Source of the DNA: Entomortierella parvispora E1425
Lineage: Eukaryota > Fungi > Mortierellomycota
Assembly (NCBI GenBank): GCA_020891255.1
Contig: BQFW01000003.1
Coordinates: 930,001 to 994,000 of the forward strand
Reading direction: 5' to 3'
DNA length: 64,000 bases
Shown: positions 49,754-64,000 of the stretch, piece after piece
Layout of the letters: each line of letters begins with the position of its first letter
Position numbering within the stretch: the first letter of the stretch is position 1
Made by a program: the position numbers and the translations under genes
The notes under the pieces: model-generated
What the model was told of the DNA's origin: nothing
What the model saw: the letters and a program-made list of their open reading frames with translations, nothing else
Database searches by the model: none

Positions 49754-52700
49754 TCACTCCCGCTGGATGTTGATCTTGGTCTCTGCAAAGTTCTTCAAGA
49801 TTGGGATCATGGTCTCTCGGAGCGACTTGATCTTTTCAGACGCCTCTTGGGACAGTCCATCCTCGGTGCGTTGTTGGACGGGGACACTCTCAAAGCGCTG
49901 CAGCATCCTCGAGGTCGAGTTCAAGGTCGAAATCAAATCAATGCATTGATCCTGGATATCGCGACGGATGGCATTGTCCAGTTGAGGGTGGTACATGTAC
50001 AGACCCAACTGGGTCGTCATCACCACAAGTGCGTCCTCCAAAAGGGACAGCATGCGAAGAGAGGATCCTGTGGAGCTCGACAGCGTCGCGAATGCCGCCC
50101 CGTTGGATCGGGTGGTCGTAGATGCGGATGCATTGGCGGTACCGGCTCCTCCAGAGGTGGGTGGCGAGGAATTGGACGAAACATCTTGAGATCCTGTGCC
50201 ATTCAAAGTGGTCAAGGCCGTAGAAGATCCTGCAGCCTTTCCGGCGGCCGCAGGGGCTGGTGCGTTGAAGGAGAGATCGCCAAACCATGACAATTTTGAG
50301 TTGGTCCTGGAGCTGGCTGTGCTGGTGGAGGAGGCGAGGTTGGCGTCCTTTTGATTATCATCGTCGCCAGAGTCCTTGAACAGTCCTGCAGCGCCTCCGG
50401 TTTTACCCTCCAGACGTGCCTCCCACTCCTTCAGCGATGTGGAAGCATATTGAACAAGATCAAACATGGTGCCGATCGAGGCCGGCTCGTACACAGGCGT
50501 GTTGCTGATCGGGGCAATCGTAGTCTTGCGGATTGGCCATTCCAGGTTGGATTTCGTGAAGATAACGGCCGGGTCGGTCCAGGCCAGGATAGCCGACAAG
50601 ATATTGCGAATCACCGACGCCAGTTTGCTCTCAATCGTAATAGCGAGGCTGTTCTGAGAGGCCGCATCCTTGGAGGCTTCCCGACTCTTGTGCTCTGCTT
50701 TGGTGATTGGCAGGACAACCAAGGCCATCATGTTGGGATGGGTGAACAGATATACGGCATGTTGCAAAATGAATAAGGATCGATCAAAGAAGGCCCTCAA
50801 CAGCTCTCCTCCGCCAAGAACCTCCAACCGACTCTCGGACTTGGACAGCTCATAAAACAGCATTGTGATTCTCTCCATTTCCTCCAGCTTGGCGCTCGTC
50901 ATAGGGCTGTGGGTCGAAGTTTCGAGTCCTTTGCTGATCTGGTTTCCATAAAGCTGAATAAATCCAATCAAGAGCTGCATGAATGCGTCGCTTGAATTCA
51001 TGTTCCTCAAAAGGCTCGTCACTGTTGCCAAGATCATACACCATGCATGGTGCCAATCGCCACGATCGCCGTGTACTGCATCCCGGTGTGTAATGTCGCC
51101 TTGTTGAAGTAGAGGCGAGAGTCCATTGTGGGTTACCATCGACATCACGCCAGCGTCACAAAGGTAAACAGCCATCTCTGGAACGTTGGCCAGAGCCAAC
51201 AAAAAGTTCAAGCTTCCTTCCACAAACGAAGGCCGACTGTCAAATTTGACAGACGAGAATGAGCGGGAGCAGAGTTGCAGGTTGACACGGAAGACGTCCA
51301 GATTCCGCAGAGTAGGAATCCACAGAGTCGGGTGAGGGTTCCAGATGGGGTGGCAAAGTTCTTCCAAGAGGGCAAGCAGGACCACAATGTTTTCACTGTT
51401 ATCCTGTTGTCCGAGAAGATGACTCTCGGAGACTGCTACAAAACAGCTCGCAACGAGAGGCAAAATCAAGATGGCCGACTTGCGAAGGAGTTCCAGATTT
51501 GAAGAATCCATGCTCGATAAGACCTCCTTGTCGTGAAGCGCACGGTAGCAGTACAAAAGTGTCAGCAGTAGAGGTTGGTGGGCCGATTGATCCTGGACAG
51601 GGTTTTGAATCGACTCGAGAATTCCAAGATCAGGACTTTGGAGTAGTTTTTGAAGCTTTGGCACAATTGCAGGGAAGAGAGCAGCCATATTCTTCTTGTC
51701 TGATCGTGTGACAACCGAAAGCTTCTCGATGACCGCCTGAAGAAGCATGCAGCAGTGATGTCTTGCAATTCGAAGAACCACACTGCCCTGGGTGTCGCGC
51801 TGGATGTGGTCAATAAGTGTGTCTACACATTGGTAATAGCTGCCGTCAGCTCCAGTCGAGTTTTTGCCGCCCCAGACTGAAGCTCCGAGGTTGCTGGCGA
51901 TAATCTCGACAAAGAAGCGCCAAGCTGCAAGGCGCAGCATCTCGGAATGGACTGTGGACCAGTTGAGGTTGACATGGTACAGCGCGCGAAGGAAAGCGTG
52001 CTCCACTTGAGTTCCACGCCAAATGAGCTTTCTCCGTGCAATTTCCAAGTCAAGCATAAAAGACTCGCCTGCTTCATGATCCGTGTCGTAGATTTCTGCC
52101 CAGCGACGCACTCCAAGCTTCAAATGGTCGAAAGGAGTGCTAATCATCTGACTGAGCTCCCTCAGCTCCCGTTGACCAGAGACATGGCAGCAAATCTTTG
52201 GGATGGTTTCGTTCCAAGTCTGGAACCGTCCTTGATCGATACACTCCTTGATAAGAGCCTTGAGTCCTGTCGGTAATGAGTCCACATCCTTGTTCCTGAC
52301 TCCTTTCATTGATGACTGGAAGTGAATTGCCAGGCCCAAGATACGAAGAGCATGCGCAACAGATTGCTGCTCTGCGCACACACTTGAAACTTCCGCTACC
52401 TGCACATGTTCGTTTCCGTTGTGTTGAGCAGCAACCTCAGGCCATTCCACCATCTCCATCTTTGTACGAGTGTCGGGTCTGGACAGTAGTTCGCCCAGAT
52501 CCTTCCAAAAGCTCACGTCCTCCACAAGGCTCAAGATCAAAAAAGCATGATCTTTGGCGTTTTGGAACAGGACATCAAAGAAATGGAGCGCTTGGGGAAC
52601 GATCGAAGGTGCTTCTTTCAGGAGGTGCTTGTGTCGCTTAAGGATATCGCGCGCTCGGATGAGGATTGAGCTCTTGGCAACTTCTTTCTGCTGACTCTCC

Positions 52701-55700
52701 AGTACTGTTGTTGAAGGGTTCACTCGACTGTTCGAGAGGAAAAGAGCAGCCAGTCCAGGTTGAGTCGAGAGAGTAATCGTGATGAAGCTCCAGAGGGCAA
52801 TGCGGTATTCCAGCGACTGGTGGTCATCGCCGACTCTGTCAACAATGGTCGATATGAGGTGCTGTGCCTGCTCTGTCGTGCCAAAGTATCCCACAAAAGA
52901 AGGTCTTGTAGGCCATTCCGCTGTCAGCGAGCACAGGAGTGTGAGAACATTTGTTGCGAGGTGCGCAACTTCATGTCCGCACGAAAAGTCATTGTAGCCA
53001 GCCAAGACATGGATGAGGGGGACATTGGCGCGTCCAACGGTGCGGTCAACGAGGTAGACCTCCAAGAAGGATGGTGGACCTCCCTGAATTTTCCGCCGAC
53101 ACAATAGACTCTTTACAAAGTCAAGACCTTGAAGGACCATGACCTTGATTAAGTGCATCTCCTGGACACGGGCATACTTGGAAAAGTACGCAGCCATATC
53201 GGGTCCCGTACCGACGATTGAAACAAGGGGAAGAGCCAGTTGCTTTCCGCCGTCGTACAAAAAGTTCTTGATCAGATAGTCCTGCAATGTTTTCGTGCCG
53301 ATATAGTCTTCAGGGGCTGTTCCGTTGATTAAGGGCAGATCGTTCAGAGTCCTGTTAAAGATCGTGAGGACCTTGGATGCTATGCTGAAGCGATCCTTAA
53401 GGTTAAGGTAGTGCCAGCTGTCGTAGTTGCTGAATATCTCGTTCTGCAGATAAGCCAGGCAGGGATAAAGGACCTCTGACTTGAGGCAGCGAAGTTCCCG
53501 TGAGTCCCACAGCTCGTTATCCTGAGCGTTTCTCGAGAGACGAAGGATAAGATCCAAGAATGCCAGAGTCACAGAGTAGTTGCCTTGCATACACTCGGTT
53601 CCAACCAAAATTGTATATGCCAATCCGCTTGTCTGGACACGGCTAGCTCCTGTGAATTGAACCGTAGTGGTGATGATGGATGGAAGGAACGCCGACTGCT
53701 TGAGCAACAGCCAGACATCCTGGACATAGGAATCACAGAGGCCAGAGAGGCACGAGACACAGGAAGCAATCACTCCCAGAGGAGTCTTTTGAAATTTCGA
53801 GCACTGGTCCAAGACGGCAAAGATGGTCGGAATAATGCTCGTACGACCGTCTCGCTCAAAGCTTTCCATGATAGCCGTAGCTGCAGCACGCTTGGAGAAG
53901 AATGCCTGCAAAAACTTCATAATAGCCTCCACATGCTTGATTTCCACACTTGAATCTGGAGAGTATTCATCCTGATTGGTCAGTCGGAAAGATTCCAGTG
54001 CCGCGTATATAAGGTCCCATCCAGACTTTTGATGATTCCACTGAATGATATGAGCTGCATTTTCACCAGAGATGAGGTGACCAGTCATTCCTGAGGGCAA
54101 CAGCATGAATGGACGTCCAGGCTTGAATCCAAACGGAACTTCATCTCGCGAACGGACAATGGTTGCACCGGTTTCGGGATGTGAGTGCACCTCGACTGAG
54201 GGTGATGAAAGTGAGATCATCTGTGAAAGAGAAGGGAGGTTTTGGAAGTAGCTCACAGCGTGATTCGCGGACTCTTCGCCACCCGTCGCGAGTGCGCTCA
54301 AGAGCTCCAGCATTGGCTCAATCTTGACCGGGAAACGGCCACGAGCGGTCTCCAAGACTTCAAGGGTACCTTGTCCGAGAGCTGGTGATTCCTGCCAGAT
54401 CAAATTGCAAAGGCTTGGTTCGTCCTTGACCAAGTCTGCCAAGCACGACACAAGTTTTTCAAAGTTCTTGATAGCCTTGGGTCTATGATCCAGCAATACG
54501 AGCTCTAGGAACTGGAAAAACATGTCCTTGAATGCGCTTCCGAAAGCCGAACTGGAGTCAAATTGTTCGCTTCCAAAGGATTGGTGGAGATACGAAAAGA
54601 CATCCAGAGTATCCATTGAAACGAATGCCAGCTGTCCTGCTAACCGCCGTTGCTCTGCTTCGTCGCCTAGACCATTCACCATCCTTGCAGAGAGTACACT
54701 TGACCAAGCGAGGATAAAAGGCCCAAGTTCTTGTTGGCGATCGGCGCCCTGAAGCATAGTGTTGATAGTTTGAACTTGCGCCGAGGATTTGAAAACATGG
54801 TCTTTGTCATAAGTTTCCGACAATGACATTTCGAGGATATTTCCCAAATCCAGAGACGCAATTGAAAGGACCATACAAAGAAGTCGGAGGTCCTCGCAAA
54901 GGTCGACAGCTTCAACCTTGAACCGATTGCCATACTTTTGTTGTTTTCCAAAATTTGTGGAGGTCAAGGCGGTCAAGACAATGCCCGCAAGATTTGTACG
55001 GTTGTCGGTGCCAACAACAGCGAGAGTGATGGCCGTTTCGATCAATGCGCTCTGTTCGTTGATGGATTGCTCGATCCAAAGATCCAAGTACTCGGAGTGA
55101 CTGGAGAAGAATTCTGGCGCCTCCTCGGATGCAACGGTGGTATATTGCGTCAAGAGTTTCCCGACGAGGGTGACGCTTTGAGAGAGAATGTTGTCGACGG
55201 CTGAAATCCTTTCGTAATTCGGATTGGTTTGATCATTTGACTCGTATCGGATAATGTCGCTCACGAGAGAAATGGCTGCAGTACGCTCCTTCCAGAGTGA
55301 GGTCACTGCTTGCAAAACAACAGCCGGAGTGATGGTCGAGGGTACTTCCGAGGTTTTTGAGAGTTCCTCCACAGCCTTGAGTGCCTGGAGTTCATCCACT
55401 TTGACAACATCGCTCAAGCGTTTTGCGAGATTGATGTACGATTCCGAGTACTTTTCGCCTTTCTCTGACTTTGCTGTTGCCATTCCTGTGCGTGAGGTGG
55501 ACGAAGGCTTTTTGAAGTAGTCGAGTCCGAGTTGGATGTGCTGAATACGATCCTCGATTGCGGTCTTCAGGGCACGCCACTCGTCCTCAGAGACAGCATT
55601 TTCGTTCTGCCTCACCAGTTCGTCCTGAATCGAGGAAAAGGACCTACAGTACATCATAAAGCTACTGCTGTTAGATGACCCTGAAGCTACATATAGGTGT

Positions 55701-55769
55701 CTCCAACGGTAGTTCAACTGGACGCTATTTTCGTTACCTCCCAATCCCAGGATTGGACGATGTGCTCAT
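49754..55769 (-). CDS. NUP188: Nucleoporin Nup188-like scaffold protein; short exon 1 (55738-55769) plus a ~5.9-kb exon
   Basis: ~1970-aa all-helical protein. LWKERTA and ARGRFPVKIEPMLELLSALA resemble Nup188. ATG at 55769 with an intron GTAACG...CTAAC...TGTAG restoring the frame. Confidence 0.75.
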
Positions 55770-58342
55770 ATCCTTGGTCTTGACTGTTAGTTATAGGCGT
55801 TCCTGGGTGTTGCGTGTCGGTTTCCAAGTGACCTGTAGACAGTAATATGGAGAATGTCAGTAAAGGCAAAAACGTTCAGCTAACGGTACCAGTGATGCCT
55901 ATTCCATACACCAGTGACACGATGCTGATGGACAAACACGAACCAGGCAAGGAAGCTAAAGCTAGCGCGATCAACAATTGGTCCTGATTGGGGTAGGATG
56001 GCTCTTAATGCTGAAAGAGTGGTGACAATGAAAGGTAGGGCGCAATGAAGAGGCCGGCTGCTTTCTGATGTCAGGGGGGAGGATGGAAAGACAAAGGGAG
56101 GAAGAGAAGATGGAGCGTCGACAGCAATGGTAAATGAACGCGAAGCAGATAGGCAGGGCGAGGAGCAGATATGTTGTTGTGTGCTGCAAGAAAGAGCAAG
56201 CGCACGTGACTGTCATTCCGTTCACGTTGGACTTGCTTTTTTTTTGGTGGCGTTTTTTTCTTTGTCTTTGGTTCCTTTTCCTATGTTCGATGGCGCGCGA
56301 TGATCTTGCAGGAGATATCTTGTCTGGGCTCCGCGTCCTAGAGGCTGATCTTGCTGATTGTTTTTATCTTTCTTTTCAGTTTTGTTTGTTGCCCAGGGCT
56401 GCGTTTGCTTTTGGCCTCCTGGGTATTCCTTTTCCTCTTATCTTGATCAAGGTGCTATTTTGTAAACACAGCGCCGAAGCTTTAGACTGACACCCACGCC
56501 ATCAGTGGCATCGATCTTTGTTGATTGTTGTTTCTGTCCGCAGCCTTTCCCACTCGCCCTTGATGTTGCCCCGTTTTGGGCGTCGAGCAGCTGAAATTTC
56601 CCAGGCTTTTTGTGTTTGTCCCCTCCTCAGCACCGACGCAATGTGTCGTATGGAGTCTGTCAGAGTCATTCGGTCAACCACAGTCCAAAGGCAGGGCCAG
56701 TTATTCGCTCATTGTTTCTGTTTTTACCCTTGCTTTCGACCCGAAACAGTCGAGTGAATGACGGAAAGCTAGCTGAGGTTAGTGAATCAATACCCAAAAA
56801 GAAGAAGAAAAAAAAAGGGCGTTGAGGGATCAAGGATGCGGTGCTAGAAGAAAGAGGGGTTGGGCCTTCTGTATAAATATCCCTAATGTCGCCCTTCCTG
56901 ATTTTCTTTCTTTCTGCTGTTACTTCTCTTGTTGTGGGAAGTAAATATCAAACCACTTTTGCTCCACACAGTTTTCTTCATCCCCCTTGAACACCTTGAC
57001 ACACCCGTCCTCTCTTGTCTCTTCCTCAGTTTGCGCTCAATTGCATTGCACCCTGCTCAACACCCGCACGACCGCCACCTCCCTCCCACGCGAACCTTGA
57101 CTTACAATGACACGGATGACAATGACGCCTCCTCCTTCAGGTATGCAATTAAACAAGGTCTCGAGACCCCGACTGGCCATGACTCGGCCGCAGATAAAAA
57201 TGTCTCGTAGGGACCCTCGCTAAGCGGGAAGAACTGGTAGACTTGATTTTCAGTCTAAGGAGGAACACCCTGTCCACATTGAGAAAATGTTGCGTGGGGT
57301 AAAATACCGTAAAATGAAAGGGAAGAGACCCAAAAGGGGCGGGAAGAGCAAAAAAAAAAAAAAAAAAAAAAAAGGGCGGGGCGGGGGGCGACGGTTCTTG
57401 TGCGTGGGTCAAGTGTCTGTGCATCGATCGACCCACACGACAATGATAGCAATGTAATGTCATTGTTCAATCCCTGGCCCTGTCAGAGAGAGAAGGGAGC
57501 TCAGTCGCAACGGCCAAGGTGCAGAGCAGCGCAGCGTAGAGCAGGCAAACACAAAAGCACAGGCAGGACAGAGTGAGAACAGAGATGCCATATCTGCACA
57601 TCGCACCCAGTGCCTGCCACTGCCAGGCCGTGCACCACCAACCAACGAACGACGCATGCCACCCGACCAGCACCTTGGCCGCTGCTCTCCTTGTTTAGAG
57701 AAAGAGAGTAGTACAGTAGTCTACTGCAAGAGGGAAGAGAGCGGCTCTATTGAGTTGAATTGCCTACTGTAGTCTTGCCATCATTATCGCAATAACGCAT
57801 GCCTCTCCCCATGTCCATCCCCCCTCTGTTGTTCGTTCTGTTCGTCCGTCCGGTCCCCAGGCTGCGATTGGCCTCAACTTGTCTTATGAAAAGAATGCCT
57901 GGCTCAGCTGGAGTGTCTCTTTCGGTGCTCGTCTCTCTCTCTCTTTCATTCACTGACCTTTCTTTACTCTCTCTTTATCTCTCTTTATCTCTCTTCTCCT
58001 CTCCTTCTCTCTACTCTCTACTCCACTACATTCTCTTTCATTCTCGCATTCCATCATCCCTCTCTGCTTCTCTCCCCATCCCTCCACATTCACTCATCAC
58101 TCTCCCCTTCGATCTACCCATTCCTGCCTCTCTTTCTCTTTCTTCTGCTCTTCTCTCACTCTCTCTCACTCACTCGCTCTGCTCTGCGCTCCCCTCCCCT
58201 TCCCTTTGCTCTCCGCTCTCCCTTGTCCTCGTGTGTACCCTTTGTACCCTTTCTTTCCCCTCCTCTATTGTTTATAGCCCCCGGCTCTGCCGAACTAGTC
58301 AACATTCCGCACCATATTAGCTCGCACTTGCACCAGGTGCCA

Positions 58343-59632
58343 ATGACCGTTCCTTATCACCAGCAGGACGACCAGGAGACCATCCTCGTCACAGGTGGTG
58401 CCGGCTTCATTGGTTCTCACACCGTCGTCCAGCTTCTCGACCTCGGAAAACGACTCGTCATTGTCGACAACCTTTGCAACTCTTCAGAAGAGGCCCTTGT
58501 CCGGGCCCAGGATCTGGCCAAGAACCCCAAGGGTTCCTTGATCTTTCATCAAATCGACCTCCTGGATGGTCCTGCGCTTGAGCATGTCTTTCAGTGCTAT
58601 ACCTTCTCGGCTTGCATCCACTTTGCAGGCCTCAAGGCTGTAGGCGAGTCCTCCCAGATCCCCCTCGGTTACTACCAGACCAACGTTACCGGCACCTTGA
58701 ACCTGGTCCAGCTTTTGCAAAAGTACAACTGCCGCAACCTGATCTTTTCCTCTTCGGCCACCGTCTATGGCCTGCCGCCCTCCGACGCTCCCATCAAAGA
58801 AGATGCTCCGACAGGGGCCATGAACCCCTACGGTCGGACAAAGCAGTACATCGAAGAGATTCTGCAGGACACAGCGGCGAGTGAGCCCGGACAATGGAAC
58901 ATTATTTTGCTGCGATACTTCAACCCTGTGGGTGCACATGAGTCTGGGCGCATGGGCGAAGACCCGAACGGAACACCCAATAATCTGATGCCCTTTGTCT
59001 CCCAGGTGGCGATCGGTCGCCGGCCTGTGATCAACGTCTTTGGAAACGACTATAACACCAAGGACGGAACAGGTGTGCGGGACTATATTCACATCTTAGA
59101 TCTCGCTCGGGGACACGTGGCCGCACTGGAGAAGATCGAGTCAATGAAGCGATCACAAAAGACGCTCGGATGTGTTCCCTACAACCTCGGTACCGGCACT
59201 GGATACTCTGTCATGGAGATGATCGAGAGCATGTCCAAGGCAGTGGGCCGCCCCTTGCCCTTCAAAGTAATTGGACGGAGACCTGGCGATGTGGCAACGG
59301 TCATTGCCAACCCCAGCCTGGCCGCCAAGGAGTTGAACTGGAAGGCAGAAAAGACATTGACAGATATGTGCGTGGATCTTTGGCGGTGGCAGACCATGAA
59401 CCCCGAAGGATACACGCAACCAGAGATCTCGACCCCTCCATCACAGCAGACAAAGCCATCACCAACGACAACGTTATTGTCTCCACTGACGCCATTGCCT
59501 GGTTCGCATTCATACATGGACCTGCCTCAGGTTGTGACATCACCGATGAACACAAAGGAAAGCAATAGTCGGACGACAGCTCCTTCAACAAAAGCGTTTG
59601 CGCCAACGGCCGCCCGTCTTGCAGCATTTTAA
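58343..59632 (+). CDS. galE: UDP-glucose 4-epimerase (stand-alone, no mutarotase fusion), S/T/P-rich C-terminal tail
   Basis: TILVTGGAGFIGSHT, HFAGLKAVGES, FSSSATVYG, YGRTK (YxxxK), LRYFNPVGAH, PNNLMP, DGTGVRDYIH. Confidence 0.96.
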   Translation: MTVPYHQQDDQETILVTGGAGFIGSHTVVQLLDLGKRLVIVDNLCNSSEEALVRAQDLAKNPKGSLIFHQIDLLDGPALEHVFQCYTFSACIHFAGLKAVGESSQIPLGYYQTNVTGTLNLVQLLQKYNCRNLIFSSSATVYGLPPSDAPIKEDAPTGAMNPYGRTKQYIEEILQDTAASEPGQWNIILLRYFNPVGAHESGRMGEDPNGTPNNLMPFVSQVAIGRRPVINVFGNDYNTKDGTGVRDYIHILDLARGHVAALEKIESMKRSQKTLGCVPYNLGTGTGYSVMEMIESMSKAVGRPLPFKVIGRRPGDVATVIANPSLAAKELNWKAEKTLTDMCVDLWRWQTMNPEGYTQPEISTPPSQQTKPSPTTTLLSPLTPLPGSHSYMDLPQVVTSPMNTKESNSRTTAPSTKAFAPTAARLAAF

Positions 59633-60026
59633 AATCCCAAAAGGCCATTGGGGCTTATGAATCCCTTTGACTCTCCATCTCTGTTCTCCTTTGTATTTTG
59701 TTCATTCATCCAAACTTGCACTTGTTATCATCTCTTTTTTTCTTTTCTTGTTCTTCATTTGTCCTTGTCGTCTATGATTCAACCCCGCCATTGCGCTCCT
59801 AATAACGTACTCGCCCTTTAATAAATAAACTCATGAAAAATTGGAAAAAAAAAAACTCTGAACCATCCGTGCACTTCTTTTGCCCCCATGTGGTCTGTCG
59901 GCCAGTGAAATTATTGTGTGGAAAAAAGAGAGCAAATGTGCCACAATTGCACGCATGTCCATTTGCCTCTTTCTTGTTCTTACATTCCATTTCTCCCCCC
60001 AAAAAAAAACAAAGAAACAATGCTCG

Positions 60027-61705
60027 ATGCCAGGTCCAAACTATACCAGCCTTTTGCAGATTGAAGCCGAGTCCGGTCTTGATGTAAGCGACATCCATCA
60101 TTTCTGCTGTTTCATCATGAGAACCCAAGAGAACAAAACAATTACGAATTTAGACCTCTGACGCCACCAAACTGACTCCACCCCTAGTTTATCACCAGCC
60201 TTCGGAACTTTTCACTGCAACCAAGCACCTCAAGCCGGGACACGATTCGCGACAGTAGCGGCCACCGCAATCATCCTCGTCCATACTGGCATCCCCATCA
60301 ACATTCGCATTCGCATTCCAACCAATATCCGCAACGGCAACGATGGGTCGCTCCTATCACGACGACCTTTGCCGAAACGGGGCGTCCTGACGGTCAGCCA
60401 TCCGCTCGAACTGGTGTGTCGCTCGGTCTGGAAGGGATCGATCCGATTTTAGAGCGCCACGGACTTTTGTTTCCAGGAGACATGGTGGACATTTACGGAT
60501 CGAGTTGTAGTGGCAAGACGCTGGTCCTGTACGCGATCATCATTTCGACAATTTTACCCTATTCTTGGGATTATTTTCCTTCCACATCGTTGTCACCAAG
60601 GGAACCGTTGTTTTTGAAGGGCAAAGGCAAGGGAGTTCTCTTCATTGATATGGATCAAGGGTTCTCTGTCGAGCGCCTCGAGAATTTATTACGGAAACGG
60701 ATTCGACACACCCTTCTCCAAACTGCAAATACACAGGAACACAGCGCACAAGGATCAACCAAAGCTGCGGAGGGATCATCGACGGGAACTGTTGAAATCC
60801 CAGGAGTAGAAACGACACAGGACACTTCCGCCGCACGACCAGCACAAGTGCAACCAAGATTAGATCTGGACTCGATCGAGATCTCACAAAAGGTGGAGGG
60901 ACTGATAGAGGCTTGTCTCCAGAACGTACATATATTTCGTCCGCCAGATGCCATTTCAACTATTGTACTACTACGAACCATGGATCAATATCTTCAACAA
61001 CATCAGCATCGTCAACGCCCACAAAATCAACCACCACCACCCTCACGACCCTCACAGCGACGGGAGACCTCTACCCCGATTCAAACGGCATCTATCCCTG
61101 GGGCACCCTTTTCACTTTTGATGCTCGACTCCATATCTTCCTTTTATTGGCAAGAACGAAGTCAATCCAGCATTCATCACAGCAGAGTCCTTTCCACCAT
61201 AACCGATGCATTTCATCGTCTAAGTCAACATTGGGACTTGGTCTTGATCAGCACCAGCTGGTCCTTACCCTCAACGACCTCTTTTGCCCCGTCCAGTGGA
61301 CCCTCCCGCTCCAACGCGGACAAGACCCTGACGGATGGGTATCGAAAACAGCTGAAATATCGGTTCTTGATGCAGTCTCGAAACCTGGAGCGCTTTACCT
61401 CTGAAAACGAGCTTATGGAAGCCTGGCATAGGATACAAGACAATGGCCATGATCGTCCACAACCGGAACACCTTAAATCGTTTGATAAGAGGCCGGGACA
61501 GCAACAAGACCAATCTCCTCAAGAATCAGAGCAATGGGAACATAATTCGACAACTAATGATAAAAGCAGCACAGTCGATCGTTCTGGATCAGTTTTCCAG
61601 GCACAAATGATCCTTCCAAACAACAGTCCACCAGAGTTTTTTCGGATATCTGTATCAGATCGTGAGGGAGTCCATGTCTTTGAGGCGCCTGCTGCTCCCC
61701 AATAA
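60027..61705 (+). CDS. XRCC2: Rad51 paralog, XRCC2-like; exon 1 60027-60083, exon 2 from ~60187
   Basis: N-terminal AESGLD / FITSL, Walker A GSSCSGKT, VLFIDMDQGFSVERL, Walker B LLMLDSISSFYW. Confidence 0.75.
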
Positions 61706-62060
61706 ACCTGCATTGAGTTGGTTAGAACATTTTATTTCCTTTCATTTGGTAAGGACTTTTTTTGGTGTCTAGAAATACAAGAGGGGGAATAGGAACAGTC
61801 ATGAAGAAAATATACTCTGTCTGCCATGGCCAGTTCTCTTTTGAAAAATAAAGCCAGACGGAACGCAACAAGCTACAGGGGAGGAAGGGCATAAAAAAAA
61901 CACGCACGCAAACCGAGAAATAACAGCACGAGAGGGTTGAAGAAGATCATAACAAAGCAAATAAAAGCAACATCAAGAACACGGAAATAAAAAAAGAAAA
62001 AGAAAGAAAAGAAAAAAAAACGAGCAATTCGGAACAGAAAACATCAAGTATTTTGAAGAC

Positions 62061-64000
<1,940 letters not shown>

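Overview
Eukaryotic, intron-rich fungal chromosome segment. GT-AG introns with CTAAC/CTAAT branch points, long A/T tracts and animal-like retained genes point to an early-diverging fungus, most likely Mortierellaceae/Mucoromycota (inference). It holds about 19 protein genes, two of them cut by the window edges, plus two identical tRNA-Arg(ACG) genes. The protein genes are a polyQ fungal transcription factor, TBP, CBS, an Srp1-like SR protein, AP-4 beta, an Ent3/epsinR-like protein, an AGTRAP-like protein, an alpha/beta-hydrolase-like protein, POLD3, CLIP-170-like, NAD kinase, a class-V aminotransferase, a lipase, sphingomyelinase C, an OPT transporter, Nup188, GalE, XRCC2-like and an ABCC transporter. 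The most unusual structure is a 4.08-kb cassette (40798-44874). It is bounded by a near-perfect 494-bp inverted repeat, contains a 55-bp palindromic tandem array (20 cores) and an ORFan, and lies in the 7.5-kb divergent gap between the SMase and OPT genes. Other highlights: an unidentified hairpin-dense RNA-like region (~15750-16330), a CBS with a candidate metazoan-type heme-ligand N-terminus, two bacterial-type enzymes with introns (HGT candidates), an ear-less AP-4 beta head-to-head with an epsin, and a candidate poison exon in the SR gene. Family calls come from motif recognition only; no searches were run. Exon boundaries were read by eye.
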